This document shows positions 17,978-28,254 of a stretch of DNA of 64,000 bases, in pieces. The notes under the pieces are model-generated. The model was not told where the DNA came from. It saw only the letters and a list, made by a program, of their open reading frames with translations, and searched no databases. The stretch's first letter is position 1, and each line of letters begins with the position of its first letter. The stretch covers positions 1,501 to 65,500 of the forward strand of contig JAZUNX010000051.1 of NCBI GenBank assembly GCA_045604385.1, read 5' to 3'. This DNA is from Acutalibacteraceae bacterium. Lineage in GTDB: Bacteria; Bacillota; Clostridia; Oscillospirales; Acutalibacteraceae. A program made the position numbers and the translations under genes.

Positions 17978-19135
17978 ATGAAAAGGTCAATAGCCTTAAT
18001 AACATCAATAATACTTTCTTTAACTTTTTTCACTTTTTCCGTCTCTGCGGAGAATGAAAGTGAAATTACGGTCAATGCTGAAAGTGGGGTGCTTATGGAT
18101 GTGCAGACGGGCAAGGTGCTTTATTCTTTCAATGAAGACAAACAGCTATACCCTGCCTCTGTTACCAAGATAATGCCTATGCTTTTGTTTATGGAAGCTA
18201 TCGACAGCGGAAGGATTTCTCTTGAGGATATGGTTACGGCGAGCCCAGATGCTGCTTCCAAGGGCGGAAGTCAGATATGGCTCAAGGAAGGGGAACAGAT
18301 GACTGTTGACGAGCTTTTACGTGCCACGGCTATAGCAAGTGCCAACGATGCCTGTACGGCTCTGGGTGAGCATATAGCAGGCAGTGAAGATGCCTTTGTC
18401 AAAATGATGAACGACAGAGCGAAAGAGCTTGGTATGAAAAACACGAATTTTGTCAACTGCTCGGGTCTTGATGACGATACCACGGAGCATCTTACCACAG
18501 CCTACGATATTGCCCTTATGTCGAGTGCGCTTTTAAAGCACGAAAAAATCAAAGATTATACAACTGTATGGATGGACAGCCTGCGTGGCGGAGAGACACA
18601 GCTTGTGAACACCAATCGTCTTGTTCGGTTTTACAAAGGAACAACAGGTCTTAAAACGGGAACTACGTCAAAGGCGGGACACTGTCTTTCCGCTTCTGCC
18701 GAAAGGGATAACCTTCATTTAGTTGCCGTGGTAATGGGCGCGAAAAACAGTACCGACCGTTTTGAGGGCGCCAAGGCTATGCTTAACTGGGGCTTTGCGA
18801 ACTACGAAAATATCACACCGCAGATAGATTTGTCCGCCCTTGAAAATGTAAGGGTGCTGAAGGGTGTTGATTCCTTTGTTGAACCGCAGATTTCCGAAGT
18901 TAAAAGTCTTACTCTAAAAACAGGAGAAAAGCAGTCCCTTGAAACAAAAATTACCCTCTGCGAAGATGTTGAAGCACCCGTAGAAGAAAACCAGGTGCTG
19001 GGCAAGGCAGAAATAAAACTTGGTGATGAAACCGTTGCAGAGTATAATCTGACGGCCAAAAATGCCGTGGGAAGGATAAATATTTTCCTTATGGGAAAAA
19101 GAATTATAAAAAGTCTTGCAAAAGGTTGCGATTAA
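17978..19135 (+). CDS. D-alanyl-D-alanine carboxypeptidase (S11, PBP5/DacB/DacF type)
   Basis: Signal peptide. SVTK (SxxK), SAN (SxN) and KTGTT (KTG) motifs. Confidence 0.8.
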   Translation: MKRSIALITSIILSLTFFTFSVSAENESEITVNAESGVLMDVQTGKVLYSFNEDKQLYPASVTKIMPMLLFMEAIDSGRISLEDMVTASPDAASKGGSQIWLKEGEQMTVDELLRATAIASANDACTALGEHIAGSEDAFVKMMNDRAKELGMKNTNFVNCSGLDDDTTEHLTTAYDIALMSSALLKHEKIKDYTTVWMDSLRGGETQLVNTNRLVRFYKGTTGLKTGTTSKAGHCLSASAERDNLHLVAVVMGAKNSTDRFEGAKAMLNWGFANYENITPQIDLSALENVRVLKGVDSFVEPQISEVKSLTLKTGEKQSLETKITLCEDVEAPVEENQVLGKAEIKLGDETVAEYNLTAKNAVGRINIFLMGKRIIKSLAKGCD

Positions 19136-19149
19136 TATCAATATTAAGG

Positions 19150-19178
19150 TTGACAAATCCTGATATTTGTATTAAAAT
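19150..19178 (+). promoter_or_regulatory. sigma-A promoter for pgi
   Basis: TTGACA, 17 nt spacer, TAAAAT. Confidence 0.55.
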
Positions 19179-19217
19179 ACAGAAAATACCACAAATATAT
19201 ATTTAGGAGCATAACGT

Positions 19218-20558
19218 ATGTCAGCAAAATTAACAAAAAAATACGTTTCTTCTTTTATAACAGATGAAGAAATAGCCTCTTATCAGTCAAAAATCACAGA
19301 AGCACATAATGCCTTACACGGCAAAACAGGTGCAGGCAGTGACTTCACAGGTTGGGTTGACCTTCCCGTTGATTATGACAAAGAAGAATTTGCCCGCATC
19401 AAGGTTGCGGCAGAAAAGATTAAAAACAACAGCGATGTTCTTATCGTAATCGGTATCGGCGGCTCCTATCTCGGAGCAAGAGCGGCTATCGAATTTGTTA
19501 AAGGACAGAATTACAATGACACCCGCAAGGGCACACCTGCCATCTATTATGCAGGTAACAGCATTTCATCCTCATATCTTGATGAAATCATTTCAATCTG
19601 TGACGGTAAGGATTTTTCCGTTAACGTAATTTCAAAGTCAGGCACCACCACAGAGCCTGCTATCGCCTTCAGAATTTTCCGTGAAATGCTTATTGAAAAA
19701 TACGGCAAGGAAAAGGCAGCTGAAAGAATTTTCGTTACCACAGATAAAGAAAAAGGTACCCTTAAAAACTTTGCGGACAAAGAAGGCTACGAAACCTTTG
19801 TCGTTCCCGATGATGTAGGCGGAAGATATTCCGTTCTCACTGCCGTAGGTCTTCTTCCCATCGCCGCCGCAGGTATCGATATTGATGCTCTTATGTCAGG
19901 TGCCGCCAAAGCACGCGACGACCTTATGAGTACATCAATCGAAGAAAACGACTGCTATAAATATGTTGCTGTTCGTAATGCTCTTTACAATAAAGGCAAA
20001 AAGACGGAAATGTTTATATCCTACGAACCCTGCTTCACAATGATGAACGAATGGCTCAAACAGCTTTTCGGTGAAAGTGAAGGTAAGGAAAACAAAGGTC
20101 TTTTCCCCACATCAGCCATTTTCTCAACTGACCTTCATTCTCTCGGTCAGTACATTCAGGAAGGCGAAAGAATAATGTTTGAAACCGTTATTCATTTCGA
20201 AAAGCCGAAGGCTGAAATTACAATTAAAGAGGATGCAGAAAATGTTGACGGTCTTAACTTCCTTGCTGGAAAGACTATGGACTTTGTTAATAAACAGGCA
20301 TACAGAGGCACTGTCCTTGCTCATAATGACGGTCTTGTACCCAACATCATCATCAAAAATGAGGATATGAGCGAAAATTCATTAGGTTATCTCATTTACT
20401 TTTTCGAAAAAGCCTGTGCAATATCGGGCTACGTTCTGGGCATCAATCCCTTTGACCAACCGGGCGTTGAAAGCTACAAAAAGAATATGTTTGCACTTTT
20501 AGGCAAACCCGGTTACGAAAAAGAGAAAGAAGTACTTGAAGAAAGATTAAGTAAGTGA
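19218..20558 (+). CDS. pgi: Glucose-6-phosphate isomerase
   Basis: 446 aa. Gram-positive-type PGI N-terminus and SIS-domain motifs ([11 protein letters not shown]). Confidence 0.9.
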   Translation: MSAKLTKKYVSSFITDEEIASYQSKITEAHNALHGKTGAGSDFTGWVDLPVDYDKEEFARIKVAAEKIKNNSDVLIVIGIGGSYLGARAAIEFVKGQNYNDTRKGTPAIYYAGNSISSSYLDEIISICDGKDFSVNVISKSGTTTEPAIAFRIFREMLIEKYGKEKAAERIFVTTDKEKGTLKNFADKEGYETFVVPDDVGGRYSVLTAVGLLPIAAAGIDIDALMSGAAKARDDLMSTSIEENDCYKYVAVRNALYNKGKKTEMFISYEPCFTMMNEWLKQLFGESEGKENKGLFPTSAIFSTDLHSLGQYIQEGERIMFETVIHFEKPKAEITIKEDAENVDGLNFLAGKTMDFVNKQAYRGTVLAHNDGLVPNIIIKNEDMSENSLGYLIYFFEKACAISGYVLGINPFDQPGVESYKKNMFALLGKPGYEKEKEVLEERLSK

Positions 20559-20633
20559 TATAATATACTTGTAATTGAACCGGAAGAGTTAAAAACTTAT
20601 TTCGGAACAACAAATAAAAGGAGGAAATATAAA

Positions 20634-21050
20634 ATGATTTCTATTATTTTAGGTCACAAAGGTTCAGGAAAAACAAAGCATTTGATTTCTTGTGTAAACG
20701 AGGCAGTTGAAAACTCAAAGGGTAATGTTGTCTGCGTTGAAAAGGAAACCAAATTAACATATGATGTTAACTACCGTGCAAGACTTATTGCAACTGATGA
20801 TTACGAGGTAAAGGGTTATGCAGCATTCTACGGCTTCCTTGCAGGCGTATGCGCAGGTAACCACGACATCACAGATGTTCTTGTTGACGCTACTCTTCGT
20901 ATCGGTGGCAGAGACTACAACGAACTTGCATCTTTCCTTGAAAAGATTTACGAGCTTTCTTCTGTTAATGAAAAGGATTTCGTTTTCACTATCTCTGCTG
21001 ATAAAGAAGAACTTCCCGAATCAATTTTCAATTTCTGCAAGGTTATCTGA
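20634..21050 (+). CDS. Small (138 aa) P-loop protein of unknown function
   Basis: Walker A GHKGSGKT at residues 7-14. Strong AAGGAGG RBS and its own terminator. No family recognised. Confidence 0.5.
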   Translation: MISIILGHKGSGKTKHLISCVNEAVENSKGNVVCVEKETKLTYDVNYRARLIATDDYEVKGYAAFYGFLAGVCAGNHDITDVLVDATLRIGGRDYNELASFLEKIYELSSVNEKDFVFTISADKEELPESIFNFCKVI

Positions 21051-21070
21051 TTATTTTATCAAACAATACA

Positions 21071-21102
21071 GGGCTGTTTCATTTTGGGACAGTCCTTTTT
21101 GT
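21071..21102 (+). terminator. Rho-independent terminator
   Basis: GGGCTGT ... ACAGTCC followed by TTTTTG. Confidence 0.55.
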
Positions 21103-21125
21103 GATTATTAAGGAAGTGAAGCATA

Positions 21126-21722
21126 ATGAATTTTGACTTTGAAAAACAGGCGATAAGTGAAGGCTATAACATAATCTGCGGTGTTGACGAGGCAGGCAGA
21201 GGTCCTCTTTGCGGACCTGTATGTGCGGCGGCAGTAATTCTTCCCGTTGACTGCGAAATTGAAGGAATCAACGATTCAAAAAAACTCAGCGAAAAAAAGC
21301 GTGAACAGCTTTTTGACATAATAACCGAAAAGGCACTTGCCTACAGCATAGAAATGGTTGATGCGGCTACGATTGACGAAATCAATATTTTACAGGCGAC
21401 CTTTCTCGCTATGCGCACAGCCGTGGAAAATCTTTCGATAAAGCCTGATATGGCTCTCATCGACGGCAATGGTAAGCCCGGTCTTTCAATAGCGGAAAGA
21501 ACGGTTGTAAAGGGTGATGCAAAATCCGTTTCCATAGCGGCGGCATCTATTCTTGCTAAGGTAACAAGAGACAGATATATGCTTGAGGCAGATAAAAAAT
21601 ATCCCGAATATTTTTTTGCAAAGCATAAAGGCTACGGCACCAAGCTTCACTATGAGGCAATAGCCGAACACGGAATATGCCCCGAGCACAGAACAACCTT
21701 TCTTAAAAAGATTTTAGGGTGA
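21126..21722 (+). CDS. rnhB: Ribonuclease HII
   Basis: GVDEAGRGPLCGPV motif and DSKKL. 198 aa. Confidence 0.9.
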   Translation: MNFDFEKQAISEGYNIICGVDEAGRGPLCGPVCAAAVILPVDCEIEGINDSKKLSEKKREQLFDIITEKALAYSIEMVDAATIDEINILQATFLAMRTAVENLSIKPDMALIDGNGKPGLSIAERTVVKGDAKSVSIAAASILAKVTRDRYMLEADKKYPEYFFAKHKGYGTKLHYEAIAEHGICPEHRTTFLKKILG

Positions 21723-21728
21723 CAGTAG

Positions 21729-22115
21729 ATGGAAAAGGGGACAACAGGCAAAAAAGGCGAAGACTTTGCCGCGGAATATTACCGAAAACTGGGCTACAGG
21801 GTAACAGAGATGAACTATCATTCACGTTACGGTGAAATTGATGTTATAGCAGAAAATGATTTTGAAATAGTTTTCTGTGAAGTCAAAACACGAAGCAGTA
21901 ATACGCGGGTAAATCCCCGTGAGGCTGTGGATATGAAAAAACAGCAAAAGCTGACTCTTACCGCCTTTAAATATCTTGAAAGGATAAGGTGTGAAAAACC
22001 GTTCCGTTTTGATGTTTTTGAGGTGTGGGTAAACGAGGGCAGGATATATAAATTCAATAATATTGAAAATGCCTTTGAACCTGCCGATTTTTCGGGAAGA
22101 TATGATGTGTTTTGA
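21729..22115 (+). CDS. yraN: YraN family (UPF0102) endonuclease-like protein
   Basis: GEIDVIAENDFEIVFCEVKTR motif. Conserved rnhB-yraN adjacency. Confidence 0.8.
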   Translation: MEKGTTGKKGEDFAAEYYRKLGYRVTEMNYHSRYGEIDVIAENDFEIVFCEVKTRSSNTRVNPREAVDMKKQQKLTLTAFKYLERIRCEKPFRFDVFEVWVNEGRIYKFNNIENAFEPADFSGRYDVF

Positions 22116-22205
22116 TGTTAACATAATATTAACAAAGTGTAATATTAATAGCCATATTGTTGCATTAAAATTAATACCGATTAAAAATATTCAGGAGGAT
22201 TTACA

Positions 22206-23765
22206 ATGAAAAAAGTAATCAGTTTAGTTCTTGTATTTGTTATGGTATTTTCCGTTTCTGTGACTGCTTTTGTTGCAAATGCCGAAAATGAAGAATACCC
22301 TACAATTTATGTGACGGGTGCACAGACAAATAATCTTTACAGTGCCGACGGTGAAAAAATTTATCCGCTTTCAGCGAATATTATTGAAACCTTACTTCCC
22401 ACAGTTGTTCCTGCTCTGGAAGAACTTGCATTGGGTATGGCAACACAGGATTACAAAGCCTATTCCGAAATGGTTTGCGGATATGTAACACCATTATTTG
22501 AGGATGTTATGCTTGATAAAAACGGCGAAGCAAGTGACGGAAGCCATCCCGAATATCATTCTTCAACGGTTCCCGTTTCAGATAAGCAGTCCGATTACGA
22601 TATGTGGGATTACCGCTTCTGGTATGACTGGAGACTTTCACCCCTTACTACGGCAGAGGAACTCAAAGATTATATTGACAGAGTTATTGATGCAACAGGC
22701 AAGGATAAAGTACAGCTTGTCGGACGCTGCTACGGTGCTAACGTAATTCAGACTTACATCACTCTTTACAAGGAACATGCAATTGCAAATGTAAGTGATG
22801 TTGCTTATTATGCTTCCTCAATTGAAGGTATTGATTTTATGAGTGCCTTTTTCTCCGGTGAACTTGTTCTTGAAGAACAGGCAGTGGTGAACTTTGTTGA
22901 TTATTATCTGGAGTATGAAAAAATCATTGAAGACGATGCCCTTTCAGCTTTTGTTTATTCTTTGGTTGAAATTTTAAATCATGCAGAGGTTTTAGGTCTT
23001 GGAACAGATGCTGTCATCGGACTGGTTGATGCCCTTAAAGGTGACCTTATTCCAATGCTGTTACCTGTAGTTGTCGGTTCATGGCCTTCATACTGGACAA
23101 TGGTAACTCCCGAACTTTACGAAAAGTCAATTGAATTTATTTTCGGTGATAAGAGGGAAGAATATAAAAACTTTATAGAAAAAACTGATTATTACCATTA
23201 CAATGTTCAGCTTAAATCCGAAGAAACAATTCTTGAAATGCAGGAAAAAGGCATTAACTTCTATATCTTCACAAAATACGGTTTTGCCGATATGCCTTTA
23301 TACGAAGGCGCAACCATTGAAGGTGATTCTTATACATCGGTACCCAGACAGTCTTTCGGCGCGGAATGCTCCGACCATGGTGAAGTTTTCAACGAAAAGT
23401 ATATTAATTCTCTTGACGATAAAACATATCTTTCTCCCGATTATAAAATTAATGCCGCAACCTGTCTTATTCCGGAAAGAAGCTGGTTTATCAAAAATCT
23501 TCATCACAATGAATTTGCCGTTCTTCACGATATGACTCTTGAAATTATGCGCTATGATTTAACGGTTGAAAGTGAAACTTATCCTCAGTATTTTTATCAT
23601 GAAAATGCTGTTCTTACACCCGTTACAGGCACTGATGAAGATTACGGTAAAAACCCGTCGGATATTATAGGTGCCGCCATGCGTCTGCTTACGGCGTTTA
23701 TACGTTTGATTTCAAAACTCATAAGCGGAGAGCTTTCCCTTGACCTTAGCGGTATTTTAGGTTGA
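22206..23765 (+). CDS. Secreted alpha/beta-hydrolase-fold (lipase-like) protein with a GxCxG elbow
   Basis: Signal peptide MKKVISLVLVFVMVFSVSVTAFVANA. VQLVGRCYGANV resembles a nucleophile elbow with Cys in place of Ser. Family assignment is tentative. Confidence 0.4.
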   Translation: MKKVISLVLVFVMVFSVSVTAFVANAENEEYPTIYVTGAQTNNLYSADGEKIYPLSANIIETLLPTVVPALEELALGMATQDYKAYSEMVCGYVTPLFEDVMLDKNGEASDGSHPEYHSSTVPVSDKQSDYDMWDYRFWYDWRLSPLTTAEELKDYIDRVIDATGKDKVQLVGRCYGANVIQTYITLYKEHAIANVSDVAYYASSIEGIDFMSAFFSGELVLEEQAVVNFVDYYLEYEKIIEDDALSAFVYSLVEILNHAEVLGLGTDAVIGLVDALKGDLIPMLLPVVVGSWPSYWTMVTPELYEKSIEFIFGDKREEYKNFIEKTDYYHYNVQLKSEETILEMQEKGINFYIFTKYGFADMPLYEGATIEGDSYTSVPRQSFGAECSDHGEVFNEKYINSLDDKTYLSPDYKINAATCLIPERSWFIKNLHHNEFAVLHDMTLEIMRYDLTVESETYPQYFYHENAVLTPVTGTDEDYGKNPSDIIGAAMRLLTAFIRLISKLISGELSLDLSGILG

Positions 23766-23782
23766 TTAGCTATAATTCAGAT

Positions 23783-23814
23783 ACAGACTCGCTTTTTCTG
23801 CGGGTCTGTTTTTG
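23783..23814 (+). terminator. Rho-independent terminator
   Basis: ACAGACTCGC ... GCGGGTCTGT followed by TTTTTG. Confidence 0.6.
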
Positions 23815-23896
23815 TGTCAAAATAAATCTTTACTTTTTACAATTAATATGTTAAAATAAAACAATTAAATCTCTTTATGTTTTCGGAGGTAGTATT

Positions 23897-25390
23897 ATGC
23901 TTTATACAAGTACAAGAGATAAAAATGTAAAAGTAACATCCGCACAGGCAATCGCACAGGGTATTTCAGCTGACGGCGGACTTTTCGTTCCCGAATCAAT
24001 TCCTCAGATTGACTCTGCTTTTATCGATTCACTTGTTGGTCTTGATTATATTTCAAGAGCAAAGAAGGTTCTTTCTCTTTATCTTACGGACTATACCGAG
24101 GAAGAAATCGACTACTGTGTAAGCGGTGCCTATGCAAAGGGTAAATTCTCAAGTGATAAGGTTTCTCCTATCAATACAATCGCAAAGGATGAAAACATTC
24201 TCGAACTGTGGAGAGGTCCCACCTGTGCCTTTAAAGATATGGCACTTCAGCTTCTTCCTTATCTTCTTACAACAGCCGTAAAAAAAATAAAGCTCGACAA
24301 AACCGTTGTAATTCTCGTGGCTACCTCGGGTGACACGGGCAAGGCGGCTCTTGAAGGCTTTAAGGATGTTGAAGGCACAAAGATAATGGTCTTTTATCCT
24401 GATGACGGCGTAAGCCCCATGCAAAAGCTTCAGATGACAACACAGGCAGGTGAAAATGTTGCTGTATGTGCTATCAACGGTAACTTCGACGATGCACAGA
24501 GCGGTGTTAAGAAAATCTTTACCGACAAGGCTGTTGCTGAAAAGCTCGCCGAAAAGGGTATGATGTTCTCCTCTGCCAACTCCATTAACTGGGGCAGACT
24601 TGTTCCGCAGATTGTTTATTACATATCCGCCTACTGTGATCTTATTGAAAAGGGTACAATCAATAACGGCGACGAAATCAATGTTGTTGTTCCCACGGGT
24701 AATTTCGGTAATATCCTTGCCGCTTACTATGCCAAGAAAATGGGCATACCTGTTAAAAAGCTTATCTGCGCTTCAAATGCTAACAATGTTCTCACCGACT
24801 TCCTTAAAACAGGTGTTTACGACAAGAACAGAAAGTTCTTCACCACAACCTCACCTTCAATGGATATTCTCATTTCTTCTAACCTTGAGAGACTTCTTTT
24901 CCACCTTTGCGGTGAAGACGATGTAACCGTTAAGGGCTGGATGGAGGCTCTTGCCGCCGAGGGTAAATATGAGGTTAACGAAGAGGTCAAAAGCCTTGTT
25001 CTTTCTCTCTTTGATGCAGGCTGCTGTGATGATGAAATCACTGCCGCAACAATCAGCGAAACCTATAAAAACGGCTATCTCTGTGACACTCATACAGCCG
25101 TAGCCGTAAATGTTTACCGCGAATATGTGAAGGCTACAGGTGACAAGACAGAGGCTGTTATCGCCTCCACCGCTAACCCCTATAAATTCTCTGCCGCAGT
25201 TCTTAAGGCTGTCAAGGGAGAAATTCCTGCAGATGCAGATGAATTTGAGCAGGTTGACCTTCTTATCGCAGAAACGGGCGCAGAATGTCCCTCACAGCTT
25301 GCCACACTTAAAGGTAAAGCTCCGAGATTTACCGATTGCTGTGAAAAAGAAGATATGATTGAAATGGTATATAAAATGCTCGGTGTATAA
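23897..25390 (+). CDS. thrC: Threonine synthase (long form)
   Basis: MLYTSTRDK... N-terminus. PLP-lysine context CAFKDMALQ. 497 aa. Confidence 0.9.
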   Translation: MLYTSTRDKNVKVTSAQAIAQGISADGGLFVPESIPQIDSAFIDSLVGLDYISRAKKVLSLYLTDYTEEEIDYCVSGAYAKGKFSSDKVSPINTIAKDENILELWRGPTCAFKDMALQLLPYLLTTAVKKIKLDKTVVILVATSGDTGKAALEGFKDVEGTKIMVFYPDDGVSPMQKLQMTTQAGENVAVCAINGNFDDAQSGVKKIFTDKAVAEKLAEKGMMFSSANSINWGRLVPQIVYYISAYCDLIEKGTINNGDEINVVVPTGNFGNILAAYYAKKMGIPVKKLICASNANNVLTDFLKTGVYDKNRKFFTTTSPSMDILISSNLERLLFHLCGEDDVTVKGWMEALAAEGKYEVNEEVKSLVLSLFDAGCCDDEITAATISETYKNGYLCDTHTAVAVNVYREYVKATGDKTEAVIASTANPYKFSAAVLKAVKGEIPADADEFEQVDLLIAETGAECPSQLATLKGKAPRFTDCCEKEDMIEMVYKMLGV

Positions 25391-25414
25391 AATTTTTTCA
25401 CGGGAGGTGTCAGC

Positions 25415-26104
25415 TTGTCAATATTTGCAATAGGGGACACGCATCTTACTTTCAGCACCGATAAGCCTATGGATATTTTTCGTGGGTGGACGGATTATGT
25501 TGCAAGACTTGAAAAAAACTGGCGTGCCGTTGTCAGTGACGGTGACACCGTAGTAATTCCCGGTGATATTTCCTGGGCGATGACTTTGGAACAGGCAAAG
25601 AACGATTTTGCCTTTCTTGACAGTCTGCCGGGGAAAAAACTAATAATGAAGGGTAACCATGATTATTGGTGGACCACCAAAAGAAAAATGGATACCTTTA
25701 TTGCCGAAAACGGCTTTGACTCTCTTTCAATTCTCCACAATAACGCTTTCCGGGTGGGTGATTTTACCCTTTGCGGAAGCAGAGGCTGGTTTTTTGATGC
25801 GGAAAATTCCGACAGCAAGGTGCTTTTAAGAGAAGCAGGCAGACTTGATATGTCTATAGAAGAGGGGAAAAAGCTTGGGGGAGAGTTGATAGTGTTCCTG
25901 CATTATCCGCCTGTTATGACCAATATGAGGTGTAACGAAATGATGGCTGTGCTGAAAAAACACGGCATTGAAAGGTGCTATTACGGCCATCTTCACGGCG
26001 AATCAACCTTAAGAGCGGTGCGCGAAACCGTTGATGGAATTAAATTTTCTCTGGTTTCCGCTGATTTTCTTGAGTTTTGCCCCAAAATAATAGAAAAATT
26101 TTGA
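25415..26104 (+). CDS. Metallophosphoesterase family protein
   Basis: TTG start with GGGAGGTG RBS. GDTH, GDISW, GNHDYWW and HYPP motifs. Confidence 0.7.
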   Translation: MSIFAIGDTHLTFSTDKPMDIFRGWTDYVARLEKNWRAVVSDGDTVVIPGDISWAMTLEQAKNDFAFLDSLPGKKLIMKGNHDYWWTTKRKMDTFIAENGFDSLSILHNNAFRVGDFTLCGSRGWFFDAENSDSKVLLREAGRLDMSIEEGKKLGGELIVFLHYPPVMTNMRCNEMMAVLKKHGIERCYYGHLHGESTLRAVRETVDGIKFSLVSADFLEFCPKIIEKF

Positions 26105-26215
26105 AAAAACTATGGAAATATTTTTCAAATGCTGATATAATACTATAGTTAAAAATGTAAAATGGGTAACCTTGTGTAAGTTATTTTTTTAAGGTACCCG
26201 GATAGGAGTTTTAAA

Positions 26216-27544
26216 ATGAGCTTAAAATCATCAAAAAACGTTGAAACAAATGTTTACGCACTCGAAATTTCCATCGATGCAGCTACCTTCGAGGCAGCAC
26301 AGAACAAAGCCTTCGCAAAGCAGAAGAACAAAATTTCTCTTCCCGGCTTCCGTAAGGGTAAGGTAACACGCAAAATGGCTGAAAACTTTTACGGTAAAGG
26401 CTTCCTTTACGAGGATGCTCTTGACTACTGCTACGGCGATGCTGTTGAAGGCGCTATCAAAGAAGCAGGTCTTGATATGGTTGGCACAAAGAGCGCTGAC
26501 ATCAAGGAAATCGGCGAAAACGGCGTAGAAATGGTTGTTGAAATTTTCGTTAAGCCCGAAGTAGAAGTAACCGAATACAAGGAACTCAAGGCTACAAAGA
26601 AAAAGGTTGAAGCAACCGAAGAAGAAATCCAGGCAAAGATTGACGAACTCGTTGAAAGAAACGCACGTCTTGTTGCAGTAGAAGACAGAGCAGTAGAAAA
26701 CGGTGACATCACAGTTATCGACTTCGAAGGCTTTGTTGACGGTGTTGCATTTGACGGCGGTAAGGGTGAAAACTATGAGCTTACCATCGGTTCAGGTCAG
26801 TTCATCCCCGGCTTCGAAGAGCAGATTATCGGTCACAGCATCGGCGAAGAATTCGATGTAAATGTTAAGTTCCCCACCGAATATACTCCCGAGCTTGCAG
26901 ATAAGGATGCAGTTTTCAAAATCAAGCTTCACGAAATCAAGGTTAAAGAGCTTCCTGAGGTTGACGACGAATTTGCACAGGATGCAGCAGACTGCGATAC
27001 AGTAGCCGCTCTTAAGAAGAACATCGAAAAGGAAATCAAGGAGCAGAAGGAAGAAGCAAACAACAGAGAAATCGAATCACAGCTTCTTGAAAAGCTCAGC
27101 GAAAATGTTGTAGGTGAAATTCCCGAATGTATGTTTGAAAGCGAAATCGACAATCAGGTAAGAAACCTTGACTACAGACTTTCAATGCAGGGCATGAGCC
27201 TTGAGCTTTACCTTCAGTACACAGGTATGACTATGGATGCATACAGAGAAACTCTTAAGGAAGCAGCTGAAAAGCAGGTTAAAATCCGCCTCGCTCTTGA
27301 AGCAATCGCAAAGAAAGAAAATCTCGAAGTTTCCGACGAAGACCTTGAAGCTGAATTTGCAAAGTTTGCAGAGCAGTACGGCATGGAAGTTGAAAAGATC
27401 AAGGAAGTTGTTCCCGCTGAAGGCCTTCGCGGCGATCTTCTCAATGAAAAAGCACTTGCATTCGTTAAGGACAATGCAAAGGTAACCACAGCAAGAAAGC
27501 CCAGAGCAAAGAAAGACGAGGCAAAGGCAGACGACGCTGAATAA
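26216..27544 (+). CDS. tig: Trigger factor
   Basis: LPGFRKGKV ribosome-binding motif, FKBP-type PPIase core, acidic C-terminus. Precedes clpP-clpX. Confidence 0.9.
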   Translation: MSLKSSKNVETNVYALEISIDAATFEAAQNKAFAKQKNKISLPGFRKGKVTRKMAENFYGKGFLYEDALDYCYGDAVEGAIKEAGLDMVGTKSADIKEIGENGVEMVVEIFVKPEVEVTEYKELKATKKKVEATEEEIQAKIDELVERNARLVAVEDRAVENGDITVIDFEGFVDGVAFDGGKGENYELTIGSGQFIPGFEEQIIGHSIGEEFDVNVKFPTEYTPELADKDAVFKIKLHEIKVKELPEVDDEFAQDAADCDTVAALKKNIEKEIKEQKEEANNREIESQLLEKLSENVVGEIPECMFESEIDNQVRNLDYRLSMQGMSLELYLQYTGMTMDAYRETLKEAAEKQVKIRLALEAIAKKENLEVSDEDLEAEFAKFAEQYGMEVEKIKEVVPAEGLRGDLLNEKALAFVKDNAKVTTARKPRAKKDEAKADDAE

Positions 27545-27602
27545 TTACTGTTTATAAAGGTTAATTTTAACCAAGAATGTTATAAGAGTATTACAAAGAA
27601 AT

Positions 27603-27626
27603 CGGGGCCGTACGGGTACGGCTCCG
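27603..27626 (+). terminator. GC-rich hairpin after tig (attenuator or partial terminator)
   Basis: CGGGGCCGTA-CGGG-TACGGCTCCG, followed by AATTTGAATATTT (weak U tract). Confidence 0.4.
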
Positions 27627-27669
27627 AATTTGAATATTTATTAATTGCTATCTTAAGGAGGAAATTATT

Positions 27670-28254
27670 ATGCCTTTAGTACCTTATGTAGTAGAGCAGA
27701 CAAGCAGAGGAGAAAGAAGCTACGACATTTATTCGAGACTTCTCAATGACCGTATCATCGTTCTTTCCGACGAAGTAAATGACGCCACAGCTTCTCTTGT
27801 CGTAGCCCAGCTTTTATTCCTTGAAAGTCAGGATTCCGAAAAGGACATCAGTTTTTATATCAACAGCCCCGGTGGCTCCGTGACTGCAGGTATGGCGATT
27901 TATGATACTATGCAGTACATCAAATGTGATGTTTCAACCATCTGTATGGGTCTTGCCGCAAGTATGGGTGCATTCCTTCTTTCTTCCGGCACAAAGGGAA
28001 AAAGATACTGCCTTCCCAACAGTGAGGTTATGATTCATCAGCCTTCAGGCGGTGCAAAGGGTCAGGCTACAGATATCAAAATAGTAGCAGACCACATCTT
28101 AAGAACAAAAGAAAAGCTCAACAGGATTTTAGCCGAAAACACAGGCAAGGATATTTCAGTTATTGCTGAAGATACAGAAAGAGATAACTTTATGACAGCC
28201 GAAGAGGCACTCGAATACGGTCTTGTTGACAAGATTTTATATAAGAGAGATTAA
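27670..28254 (+). CDS. clpP: ATP-dependent Clp protease proteolytic subunit
   Basis: [11 protein letters not shown] (Ser), MIHQPSGG (His) and ERD (Asp) triad contexts. 194 aa. Confidence 0.95.
   Translation: MPLVPYVVEQTSRGERSYDIYSRLLNDRIIVLSDEVNDATASLVVAQLLFLESQDSEKDISFYINSPGGSVTAGMAIYDTMQYIKCDVSTICMGLAASMGAFLLSSGTKGKRYCLPNSEVMIHQPSGGAKGQATDIKIVADHILRTKEKLNRILAENTGKDISVIAEDTERDNFMTAEEALEYGLVDKILYKRD

Noticed and set aside
23815-23896. T-box or other amino-acid-responsive leader upstream of thrC.
   Set aside because: Only about 80 nt of AT-rich sequence lies between the upstream terminator and the SD. That is too short, and it lacks T-box or specifier features.
27545-27669. A CtsR box or CIRCE element upstream of clpP.
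   Set aside because: I looked for (A/G)GTCAAA direct repeats and TTAGCACTC-N9-GAGTGCTAA, and neither is present.
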